A DNA stretch of 64,000 nt, from contig OZ249436.1 of assembly GCA_965235115.1 (NCBI GenBank), positions 49,912,001 through 49,976,000 of the forward strand. Direction: 5' to 3'. The translations under genes and the position numbers were made by a program. The stretch is from Laetmonice hystrix. Its lineage: Eukaryota. Each line of letters opens with the position of its first letter. Position 1 is the stretch's first letter. A model generated the notes under the pieces. It made no database searches. It had not been told where the DNA came from and saw only the letters and a list, made by a program, of their open reading frames with translations. Shown in pieces: positions 51,801-64,000 of the stretch.

Positions 51801-54800
51801 TTTGACAGTTATACATCTGGCCTAAGAATCATAATTTTGGGGGGCGTAGTTTCAATTTGACGTATCAAAAATGTAGCCATTTTTCGTTTATCATTGCTTT
51901 AACCTGTCTCTCGCCTGCCTGCAAGCCCTGGCCGGTGTACGTGGTGATTCCACCGCTGGCCGGAAGGCGGCAGTGCAGTCAGCGCCGCCGCCGCGCTTCA
52001 GTGGAGCTGCACTGCACCCTGGTGTTTTCTGCCTGCAACATCTCCGTGTAATCTTTGTTTGTTTGTTTGTTTGTTTGTTATTTTGGGGATGACATATCTG
52101 TTATAGAGAAAGCGTACAACGTCATTTGCCATTGTTAACTAAACCTTTACGGCAAACAGTCATTGGGACGACCTGACAACGTTGTCGGACGCTTACAGAT
52201 GGCCTGTAGGGGACACAGATTAGATGGCAGTAGATGATAGACGAAACGTATGACCTGCCTCCTGGACAATAAAGGCATGGAAACGTGAAACATGAGGCGT
52301 CCCTATAATACTGGCTACTCTTCTATACAAGCAAACGGTACTGGGAGGCCAAACAGTACAGGGAGGAATCGATACAAGGTATACTGGCTGGCCGAGCACC
52401 TAAGCGAACACTACAGTGAGGCCAAAGAGTACAGTAGGTACACTGCGGGGCCAAGCAGTGTGGGATGCCAACCAGTAGAGTGAGAAGTCCCTATACATCT
52501 TACCGGCTGGCCTATAGTAGCCATGCAAACACTACAGTAAGGTAGTGGAAATGAAAGGTACAGGCGAGGAGCTTCTAATATTAAAATCTGGAGAAGATAC
52601 TCAAATGGGAAGTGTACACATCACAACCATATATCTATAGCGAACGTACGAGACCTATAGGTTTGACAGTTATACATCTGACCTAAGAATCATAATTTTG
52701 GGGGGCGTAGTTTCAATTTGACGTATCAAAAATGTAGCCATTTTTCGTTTATCATTGCTTTAACCTGTCTCTCGCCTGCCTGCCAGCCCTGGCCGGTGTA
52801 CGTGGTGATTCCACCGCTGGCCGGAAGCCGGCAGTGCAGTCAGCGCCGCCGCCGCGCTTCAGTGGAGCTGCACTGCACCCTGGTGTTTTCTGCCTGCAAC
52901 ATCTCCGTGTAATCTTTGTTTGTTTGTTTGTTTGTTATTTTGGGGATGACATATCTGTTATAGAGAAAGCGTACAACGTCATTTGCCGTTGTTAACTAAA
53001 CCTTTACGGCAAACAGTCATTGGGACGACCTGACAACGTTGTCGGACGCTTACAGATGGCCTGTAGGGGACACAGATTAGATGGCAGTAGATGATAGACG
53101 AAACGTATGACCTGCCTCCTGGACAATAAAGGCATGGAAACGTGAAACATGAGGCGTCCCTATAATACTGGCTACTCTTCTATACAAGCAAACGGTACAG
53201 GGAGGCCAAACAGTACAGGGAGGAATCGATACAAGGTATACTGGCTGGCCGAGCACCCAAGCGAACACTACAGTGAGGCCAAAGAGTACAGTGAGGCCAA
53301 ACAGTACACTGGGGGCCAAGCAGTGTGGGATGCCAACTAGTAGAGTCAGAAGTCCGTATACATCTTACCGGCTGGCCTATAGTAGCCATGCAAACACTAC
53401 AGTGAGGTAGTGGAAATGAAAGGTACAGGCGAGGAGCTTCTAATATTAAAATCTGGAGAAGATACTCAAATGGGAAGTGTACACATCACAACCATATATC
53501 TATAGCGAACGTACGAGACCTATAGGTTTGACAGTTATACATCTGGCCTAAGAATCATAATTTTGGGGGACGTAGTTTCAATTTGACGTATCAAAAATGT
53601 AGCCATTTTTCGTTTATCATTGCTTTAACCTGTCTCTCGCCTGCCTGCAAGCCCTGGCCGGTGTACGTGGTGATTCCACCGCTGGCCGGAAGGCGGCAGT
53701 GCAGTCAGCGCCGCCGCCGCGCTTCAGTGGAGCTGCACTGCACCCTGGTGTTTTCTGCCTGCAACATCTCCGTGTAATCTTTGTTTGTTTGTTTGTTTGT
53801 TTGTTATTTTGGGGATGACATATCTGTTATAGAGAAAGCGTACAACGTCATTTGCCATTGTTAACTAAACCTTTACGGCAAACAGTCATTGGGACGACCT
53901 GACAACGTTGTCGGACGCTTACAGATGGCCTGTAGGGGACACAGATTAGATGGCAGTAGATGATAGACGAAACGTATGACCTGCCTCCTGGACAATAAAG
54001 GCATGGAAACGTGAAACATGAGGCGTCCCTATAATACTGGCTACTCTTCTATACAAGCAAACGGTACAGGGAGGCCAAACAGTACAGGGAGGAATCGATA
54101 CAAGGTATACTGGCTGGCCGAGCACCATTTTTCGTTTATCATTGCTTTAACCTGTCTCTCGCCTGCCTGCCAGCCCTGGCCGGTGTACGTGGTGATTCCA
54201 CCGCTGGCCGGAAGGCGGCAGTGCAGTCAGCGCCGCCGCCGCGCTTCAGTGGAGCTGCGCTGCACCCTGGTGTTTTCTGCCTGCAACGTCTCCGTGTAAT
54301 CTTTCTTTCTTTGATTGTTTGTTATTTTGGGGATGACATATCTGTTATAAAAAAGGCGTACAACATCATTTGCCATTGTTAACTAAACCTTTACGGCAAA
54401 TAGTCATTGGGACGACCTGACAACGTTGTCGGACGCTTACAGATGGCCTGTAGGGGACACAGATTAGATGGCAGTAGATGATAGACGAAACGTATGACCT
54501 GCCTCCTGGACAATAAAGGCATGGAAACGTGAAACATGAGGCGTCCCTATAATACTGGCTACTCTTCTATACAAGCAAACGGTACAGGGAGGCCAAACAG
54601 TACAGGGAGGAATCGATACAAGGTATACTGGCTGGCCGAGCACCCAAGCGAACACTACAGTGAGGCCAAAGAGTACAGTGAGGTCAAACAGTACACTGGG
54701 GGCCAAGCAGTGTGGAATGCCAACTAGTAGAGTCAGAAGTCCCTATACATCTTACCGGCTGGCCTATAGTAGCCATGCAAACACTACAGTGAGGTAGTGG

Positions 54801-57800
54801 AAATGAAAGGTACAGGCGAGGAGCTTCTAATATTAAAATCTGGAGAAGATACTCAAATGGGAAGTGTACACATCACAACCATATATCTATAGCGAACGTA
54901 CGAGACCTATAGGTTTGACAGTTATACATCTGGCCTAAGAATCATAATTTTGGGGGGCGTAGTTTCAATTTGACGTATCAAAAATGTAGCCATTTTTCGC
55001 TTATCATTGCTTTAACCTGTCTCTCGCCTGCCTGCCAGCCCTGGCCGGTGTACGTGGTGATTCCACCGCTGGCCGGAAGGCGGCAGTGCAGTCAGCGCCG
55101 CCGCCGCGCTTCAGTGGAGCTGCACTGCACCCTGGTGTTTTCTGCCTGCAACATCTCCGTGTAATCTTTGTTTGTTTGTTTGTTTGTTATTTTGGGGATG
55201 ACATATCTGTTATAGAGAAAGCGTACAACGTCATTTGCCATTGTTAACTAAACCTTTACGGCAAACAGTCATTGGGACGACCTGACAACGTTGTCGGACG
55301 CTTACAGATGGCCTGTAGGGGACACAGATTAGATGGCAGTAGATGATAGACGAAACGTATGACCTGCCTCCTGGACAATAAAGGCATGGAAACGTGAAAC
55401 ATGAGGCGTCCCTATAATACTGGCTACTCTTCTATACAAGCAAACGGTACAGGGAGGCCAAACAGTACAGGGAGGAATCGATACAAGGTATACTCTCTGG
55501 CCGAGCACCCAAGCGAACACTACAGTGAGGCCAAAGAGTACAGTGAGGCCAAACAGTACACTGGGGGCCAAGCAGTGTGGGATGCCAACTAGTAGAGTCA
55601 GAAGTCCCTATACATCTTACCGGCTGGCCTATAGTAGCCATGCAAACACTACAGTGAGGTAGTGGAAATGAAAGGTACAGGCGAGGAGCTTCTAATATTA
55701 AAATCTGGAGAAGATACTCAAATGGGAAGTGTACACATCACAACCATATATCTATAGCGAACGTACGAGACCTATAGGTTTGACAGTTATACATCTGGCC
55801 TAAGAATCATAATTTTGGGGGGCGTAGTTTCAATTTGACGTATCAAAAATGTAGCCATTTTTCGCTTATCATTGCTTTAACCTGTCTCTCGCCTGCCTGC
55901 CAGCCCTGGCCGGTGTACGTGGTGATTCCACCGCTGGCCGGAAGGCGGCAGTGCAGTCAGCGCTGCCGCCGCGCTTCAGTGGAGCTGCGCTGCACCCTGG
56001 TGTTTTCTGCCTGCAACGTCTCCGTGTTATCTTTCTTTCTTTGATTGTTTGTTATTTTGGGGATGACATATCTGTTATACAAAAGGCGTACAACATCATT
56101 TGCCATTGTTAACTAAACCTTTACGGCAAATAGTCATTGGGACGACCTGACAACGTTGTCACGCCCCCCAATATTATGATTCTTAGGCCAGATGTATAAC
56201 TGTCAAACCTATAGGTCTCGTACGTTCGCTATAGATAGTCTATATGGTTGTGATGTGTACACTTCCCATTTGAGTATCTTCTCCAGATTTTAATATTAGA
56301 AGCTCAGGTCGTCCCAATGACTGTTTGCCGTAAAGGTTTAGTTAACAATGGCAAATGACGTTGTACGCTTTCTCTATAACAGATATGTCATCCCCAAAAT
56401 AACAAACAAACAAACAAACAAAGATTACACGGAGATGTTGCAGGCAGAAAACACCAGGGTGCAGTGCAGCTCCACTGAAGCGCGGCGGCGGCGCTGACTG
56501 CACTGCCGCAGACAACGAACACGTGGAATTCTGTTAGAGAGAAAGCGTACATTGTGGGTTTGTTATTTTGGGGATGTCATATCTGTTATAGAGAAAGCGT
56601 ACAACGTCATTTGCCATTGTTAACTAAACCTTTACGGCAAACAGTCATTGGGACGACCTGACAACGTTGTCGGACGCTTACAGATGGCCTGTAGGGGACA
56701 CAGATTAGATGGCAGTAGATGATAGACGAAACGTATGACCTGCCTCCTGGACAATAAAGGCATGGAAACGTGAAACATGAGGCGTCCCTATAATACTGGC
56801 TACTCTTCTATACAAGCAAACGGTACAGGGAGGCCAAACAGTACAGGGAGGGATCGATACAAGGTATACTGGCTGGCCGAGCACCCAAGCGAACACTACA
56901 GTGAGGCCAAAGAGTACAGTGAGGCCAAACAGTACACTGGGGGCCAAGCAGTGTGGGATGCCAACTAGTAGAGTCAGAAGTCCCTATACATCTTACCGGC
57001 TGGCCTATAGTAGCCATGCAAACACTACAGTGAGGTAGTGGAAATGAAAGGTACAGGCGAGGAGCTTCGAATATTAAAATCTGGAGAAGATACTCAAATG
57101 GGAAGTGTACACATCACAACCATATATCTATAGCGAACGTACGAGACCTATAGGTTTGACAGTTATACATCTGGCCTAAGAATCATAATTTTGGGGGGCG
57201 TAGTTTCAATTTGACGTATCAAAAATGTAGCCATTTTTCGCTTATCATTGCTTTAACCTGTCTCTCGCCTGCCTGCCAGCCCTGTCCGGTGTACGTAGTG
57301 ATTCCACCGCTGGCCGGAAGGTGGCAGTGCAGTCAGCGCCGCCGCCGCGCTTCAGTGGAACTGCGCTGCACCCTGGTGTTTTCTGCCTGCAACGTCTCCG
57401 TGTAATCTTTCTTTCTTTGATTGTTTGTTATTTTGGGGATGACATATCTGTTATAGAAAAGGCGTACAACATCATTTGCCATTGTTAACTAAACCTTTAC
57501 GGCAAATAGTCATTGGGACGACCTGACAACGTTGTCGGACGCTTACAGATGGCCTGTAGGGGACACAGATTAGATGGCAGTAGATGATAGACGAAACGTA
57601 TGACCTGCCTCCTGGACAATAAAGGCATGGAAACGTGAAACATGAGGCGTCCCTATAATACTGGCTACTCTTCTATACAAGCAAACGGTACAGGGAGGCC
57701 AAACAGTACAGGGAGGAATCGATACAAGGTATACTGGCTGACCGAGCACCCAAGCGAACACTACAGTGAGGCCAAAGAGTACAGTGAGGCCAAACAGTAC

Positions 57801-60800
57801 ACTGGGGGCCAAGCAGTGTGGGATGCCAACTAGTAGAGTCAGAAGTCCCTATACATCTTACCGGCTGGCCTATAGTAGCCATGCAAACACTACAGTGAGG
57901 TAGTGGAAAGGAAAGGTACAGGCGAGGAGCTTCTAATATTAAAATCTGGAGAAGATACTCAAATGGGAAGTGTACACATCACAACCATATATCTATAGCG
58001 AACGTACGAGACCTATAGGTTTGACAGTTATACATCTGGCCTAAGAATCATAATTTTGGGGGCGTAGTTTCAATTTGACGTATCAAAAATGTAGCCATTT
58101 TTCGCTTATCATTGCTTTAACCTGTCTCTCGCCTGCCTGCCAGCCCTGGCCGGTGTACGTGGTGATTCCACCGCTGGCCGGAAGGCGGCAGTGCAGTCAG
58201 CGCCGCCGCCGCGCTTCAGTGGAGCTGCGCTGCACCCTGGTGTTTTCTGCCTGCAACGTCTCCGTGTAATCTTTCTTTCTTTGATTGTTTGTTATTTTGG
58301 GGATGACATATCTGTTATAGAAAAGGCGTACAACATCATTTGCCATTGTTACCTAATCCTTTACGCCAAATAGTCATTGGGACGACCTGACAACGTTGTC
58401 GGACGCTTACAGATGGCCTGTAGGGGACACAGATTAGATGGCAGTAGATGATAGACGAAACGTATGACCTGCCTCCTGGACAATAAAGGCATGGAAACGT
58501 GAAACATGAGGCGTCCCTATAATACTGGCTACTCTTCTATACAAGCAAACGGTACAGGGAGGCCAAACAGTACAGGGAGGAATCGATACAAGGTATACTG
58601 GCTGGCCGAGCACCCAAGCGAACACTACAGTGAGGCCAATGAGTACAGTGAGGCCAAACAGTACACTGGGGGCCAAGCAGTGTGGGATGCCAACTAGTAG
58701 AGTCAGAAGTCCCTATACATCTTACCGGCTGGCCTATAGTAGCCATGCAAACACTACAGTGAGGTAGTGGAAATGAAAGGTACAGGCGAGGAGCTTCTAA
58801 TATTAAAATCTGGAGAAGATACTCAAATGGGAAGTGTACACATCACAACCATATATCTATAGCGAACGTACGAGACCTATAGGTTTGACAGTTATACATC
58901 TGGCCTAAGAATCATAATTTTTTTTTTGGGGGGGGGGCGTAGTTTCAATTTGACGTATCAAAAATGTAGCCATTTTTCGCTTATCATTGCTTTAACCTGT
59001 CTCTCGCCTGCCTGCCAGCCCTGGCCGGTGTACGTGGTGATTCCACCGCTGGCCGGAAGGCGGCAGTGCAGTCAGCGCCGCCGCCGCGCTTCAGTGGAGC
59101 TGCGCTGCACCCTGGTGTTTTCTGCCTGCAACATCTCCGTGTAATCTTTGTTTGTTTGTTTGTTTGTTATTTTGGGGATGACATATCTGTTATAGAGAAA
59201 GCGTACAACGTCATTTGCCATTGTTAACTTAACCTTTACGGCAAACAGTCATTGGGACGACCTGACAACGTTGTCGGACGCTTACAGATGGCCTGTAGGG
59301 GACACAGATTAGATGGCAGTAGATGATAGACGAAACGTATGACCTGCCTCCTGGACAATAAAGGCATGGAAACGTGAAACATGAGGCGTCCCTATAATAC
59401 TGGCTACTCTTCTATACAAGCAAACGGTACAGGGAGGCCAAACAGTACAGGGAGGAATCGATACAAGGTATACTGGCTGGCCGAGCACCTAAGCGAACAC
59501 TACAGTGAGGCCAAAGAGTACAGTGAGGCCAAACAGTAGGTACACTGCGGGGCCAAGCAGTGTGGGATGCTAACCAGTAGAGTGAGAAGTCCCTATACAT
59601 CTTACCGGCTGGCCTATAGTAGCCATGCAAACACTACAGTGAGGTAGTGGAAATGAAAGGTACAGGCGAGGAGCTTCTAATATTAAAATCTGGAGAAGAT
59701 ACTCAAATGGGAAGTGTACACATCACAACCATATATCTATAGCGAACGTACGAGACCTATAGGTTTGACAGTTATACATCTGGCCTAAGAATCATAATTT
59801 TGGGGGGCGTAGTTTCAATTTGACGTATCAAAAATGTAGCCATTTTTCGCTTATCATTGCTTTAACCTGTCTCTCGCCTGCCTGCCAGCCCTGGCCGGTG
59901 TACGTGGTGATTCCACCGCTGGCCGGAAGGCGGCAGTGCAGTCAGCGCCGCCGCCGCGCTTCAGTGGAGCTGCACTGCACCCTGGTGTTTTCTGCCTGCA
60001 ACATCTCCGTGTAATCTTTGTTTGTTTGTTTGTTTGTTATTTTGGGGATGACATATCTGTTATAGAGAAAGCGTACAACGTCATTTGCCATTGTTAACTA
60101 AACCTTTACGGCAAACAGTCATTGGGACGACCTGACAACGTTGTCGGACGCTTACAGATGGCCTGTAGGGGACACAGATTAGATGGCAGTAGATGATAGA
60201 CGAAACGTATGACCTGCCTCCTGGACAATAAAGGCATGGAAACGTGAAACATGAGGCGTCCCTATAATACTGGCTACTCTTCTATACAAGCAAACGGTAC
60301 AGGGAGGCCAAACAGTACAGGGAGGAATCGATACAAGGTATACTGGCTGGCCGAGCACCTAAGCGAACACTACAGTGAGGCCAAAGAGTACAGTGAGGCC
60401 AAACAGTAGGTACACTGCGGGGCCAAGCAGTGTGGGATGCCAACCAGTAGAGTGAGAAGTCCCTATACATCTTACCGGCTGGCCTATAGTAGCCATGCAA
60501 ACACTACAGTGAGGTAGTGGAAATGAAAGGTACAGGCGAGGAGCTTCTAATATTAAAATCTGGAGAAGATACTCAAATGGGAAGTGTACACATCACAACC
60601 ATATAGACTATCTATAGCGAACGTACGAGACCTATAGGTTTGACAGTTATACAATTGGCCTAAGAATCATAATTTTGGGGGGCGTAGTTTCAATTTGACG
60701 TATCAAAAATGTAGCCATTTTTCGTTTATCATTGCTTTAACCTGTCTCTCGCCTGCCTGCCAGCCCTGGCCGGTGTACGTGGTGATTCCACCGCTGGCCG

Positions 60801-63800
60801 GAAGGCGGCAGTGCAGTCAGCGCCGCCGCCGCGCTTCAGTGGAGCTGCGCTGCACCCTGGTGTTTTCTGCCTGCAACGTCTCCGTGTAATCTTTCTTTCT
60901 TTGATTGTTTGTTATTTTGGGGATGACATATCTGTTATAGAAAAGGCGTACAACATCATTTGCCATTGTTACCTAATCCTTTACGCCAAATAGTCATTGG
61001 GACGACCTGACAACGTTGTCGGACGCTTACAGATGGCCTGTAGGGGACACAGATTAGATGGCAGTAGATGATAGACGAAACGTATGACCTGCCTCCTGGA
61101 CAATAAAGGCATGGAAACGTGAAACATGAGGCGTCCCTATAATACTGGCTACTCTTCTATACAAGCAAACGGTACAGGGAGGCCAAACAGTACAGGGAGG
61201 AATCGATACAAGGTATACTGGCTGGCCGAGCACCCAAGCGAACACTACAGTGAGGCCAAAGAGTACAGTGAGGCCAAACAGTACACTGGGGGCCAAGCAG
61301 TGTGGGATGCCAACTAGTAGAGTCAGAAGTCCCTATACATCTTACCGGCTGGCCTATAGTAGCCATGCAAACACTACAGTGAGGTAGTGGAAATGAAAGG
61401 TACAGGCGAGGAGCTTCTAATATTAAAATCTGGAGAAGATACTCAAATGGGAAGTGTACACATCACAACCATATATCTATAGCGAATGTACGAGACCTAT
61501 AGGTTTGACAGTTATACATCTGGCCTAAGAATCATAATTTTTGGGGGCGTAGTTTCAATTTGACGTATCAAAAATGTAGCCATTTTTCGCTTATCATTGC
61601 TTTAACCTGTCTCTCGCCTGCCTGCCAGCCCTGGCCGGTGTACGTGGTGATTCCACCGCTGGCCGGAAGGCGGCAGTGCAGTCAGCGCCGCCGCCGCGCT
61701 TCAGTGGAGCTGCACTGCACCCTGGTGTTTTCTGCCTGCAACATCTCCGTGTAATCTTTGTTTGTTTGTTTGTTTGTTATTTTTGGGATGACATATCTGT
61801 TATAGAGAAAGCGTACAACGTCATTTGCCATTGTTAACTAAACCTTTACGGCAAACAGTCATTGGGACGACCTGACAACGTTGTCGGACGCTTACAGATG
61901 GCCTGTAGGGGACACAGATTAGATGGCAGTAGATGATAGACGAAACGTATGACCTGCCTCCTGGACAATAAAGGCATGGAAACGTGAAACATGAGGCGTC
62001 CCTATAATACTGGCTACTCTTCTATACAAGCAAACGGTACAGGGAGGCCAAACAGTACAGGGAGGAATCGATACAAGGTATACTGGCTGGCCGAGCACCC
62101 AAGCGAACACTACAGTGAGGCCAATGAGTACAGTGAGGCCAAACAGTACACTGGGGGCCAAGCAGTGTGGGATGCCAACTAGTAGAGTCAGAAGTCCCTA
62201 TACATCTTACAGGCTGGCCTATAGTAGCCATGCAAACACTACAGTGAGGTAGTGGAAATGAAAGGTACAGGCGAGGAGCTTCTAATATTAAAATCTGGAG
62301 AAGATACTCAAATGGGAAGTGTACACATCACAACCATATATCTATAGCGAACGTACGAGACCTATAGGTTTGACAGTTATACATCTGGCCTAAGAATCAT
62401 AATTTTGGTTGGCGTAGTTTCAATTTGACGTATCAAAAATGTAGCCATTTTTCGCTTATCATTGCTTTAACCTGTCTCTCGCCTGCCTGCCAGCCCTGGC
62501 CGGTGTAGGTGGTGATTCCACCGCTGGCCGGAAGGCGGCAGTGCAGTCAGCGCCGCCGCCGCGCTTCAGTGGAGCTGCGCTGCACCCTGGTGTTTTCTGC
62601 CTGCAACGTCTCCGTGTAATCTTTCTTTCTTTGATTGTTTGTTATTTTGGGGATGACATATCTGTTATAGAAAAGGCGTACAACATCATTTGCCATTGTT
62701 AACTAAACCTTTACGGCAAATAGTCATTGGGACGACCTGACAACGTTGTCGGACGCTTACAGATGGCCTGTAGGGGACACAGATTAGATGGCAGTAGATG
62801 ATAGACGAAACGTATGACCTGCCTCCTGGACAATAAAGGCATGGAAACGTGAAACATGAGGCGTCCCTATAATACTGGCTACTCTTCTATACAAGCAAAC
62901 GGTACAGGGAGGCCAAACAGTACAGGGAGGAATCGATACAAGGTATACTGGCTGACCGAGCACCCAAGCGAACACTACAGTGAGGCCAAAGAGTACAGTG
63001 AGGCCAAACAGTAGGTACACTGCGGGGCCAAGCAGTGTGGGATGCCAACCAGTAGAGTGAGAAGTCCCTATACATCTTACCGGCTGGCCTATAGTAGCCA
63101 TGCAAACACTACAGTGAGGTAGTGGAAATGAAAGGTACAGGCGAGGAGCTTCTAATATTAAAATCTGGAGAAGATACTCAAATGGGAAGTGTACACATCA
63201 CAACCATATAGACTATCTATAGCGAACGTACGAGACCTATAGGTTTGACAGTTATACATCTGGCCTAAGAATCATAATTTTGGGGGGCGTAGTTTCAATT
63301 TGACGTATCAAAAATGTAGCCATTTTTCGTTTATCATTGCTTTAACCTGTCTCTCGCCTGCCTGCCAGCCCTGTCCGGTGTACGTGGTGATTCCACCGCT
63401 GGCCGGAAGGCGGCAGTGCAGTCAGCGCCGCCGCCGCGCTTCAGTGGAACTGCGCTGCACCCTGGTGTTTTCTGCCTGCAACGTCTCCGTGTAATCTTTC
63501 TTTCTTTGATTGTTTGTTATTTTGGGGATGACATATCTGTTATAGAAAAGGCGTACAACATCATTTGCCATTGTTAACTAAACCTTTACGGCAAATAGTC
63601 ATTGGGACGACCTGACAACGTTGTCGGACGCTTACAGATGGCCTGTAGGGGACACAGATTAGATGGCAGTAGATGATAGACGAAACGTATGACCTGCCTC
63701 CTGGACAATAAAGGCATGGAAACGTGAAACATGAGGCGTCCCTATAATACTGGCTACTCTTCTATACAAGCAAACGGTACAGGGAGGCCAAACAGTACAG

Positions 63801-64000
63801 GGAGGAATCGATACAAGGTATACTGGCTGACCGAGCACCCAAGCGAACACTACAGTGAGGCCAAAGAGTACAGTGAGGCCAAACAGTACACTGGGGGCCA
63901 AGCAGTGTGGGATGCCAACTAGTAGAGTCAGAAGTCCCTATACATCTTACCGGCTGGCCTATAGTAGCCATGCAAACACTACAGTGAGGTAGTGGAAAGG
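39877..64000. repeat. Macrosatellite, ~865-bp monomer (about 861-875 bp), ~28 units, continues past the window end
   Basis: Homologous positions at 41463, 42325, 43188, 44053, 44916, 45781, 46644, 47508, 48383, 49248, 50113, 50983, 51857, 52718, 53583, 54970, 55835, 57211, 58075, 59820, 60695, 61560 and 63300. Units are nearly identical except the first two. Confidence 0.98.

Noticed and set aside
40075..63971. Repeated 63-105-aa ORFs (MTYQK..., MAPSV..., MRRPY...) as a tandem gene family
   Set aside because: Most start at TTG, they overlap on both strands, are broken by unit-specific indels and stops, and show no recognisable domain.
39877..64000. Retrozyme/hammerhead, 5S rRNA, snRNA, tRNA or histone tandem array
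   Set aside because: By eye I found no CTGANGA...GAAA core with a paired stem II on either strand (CTGACGA occurs only in the first unit, without GAAA) and no recognisable RNA-gene or histone sequence. An Infernal/Rfam scan of the monomer would be decisive.

Overview
Intron-rich animal genomic DNA, most likely from an invertebrate; nothing prokaryotic is visible. It contains three spliced host genes: a FAM20C-family Golgi kinase (+, conserved exons 10429-22232, N-terminal exons unresolved), THUMPD1 (-, 26249-27889) and POLDIP3/SKAR (+, 28941-36944). THUMPD1 and POLDIP3 are head-to-head across a short shared promoter. The first 39 kb also carry a decayed two-gene PIF/Harbinger transposon (2898-6556), many non-autonomous DNA elements (TA, TTAA, 5-bp and ~9-bp target-site duplications), a 97-bp tandem repeat and a 42-bp minisatellite. 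From ~39.9 kb to the window end is a ~865-bp macrosatellite of ~28 units. It starts inside a Helentron/HINE-like element and shows a dimeric higher-order block, an internal deletion and a complex templated inversion. I found no clearly new protein-coding system; the best leads are the origin of the satellite, a candidate 21-nt POLDIP3 microexon, four MITEs with 5-bp TSDs and a CTCF-like motif cluster. All exon and TSD coordinates were read by eye, and family assignments rest on recalled motifs, not database searches.
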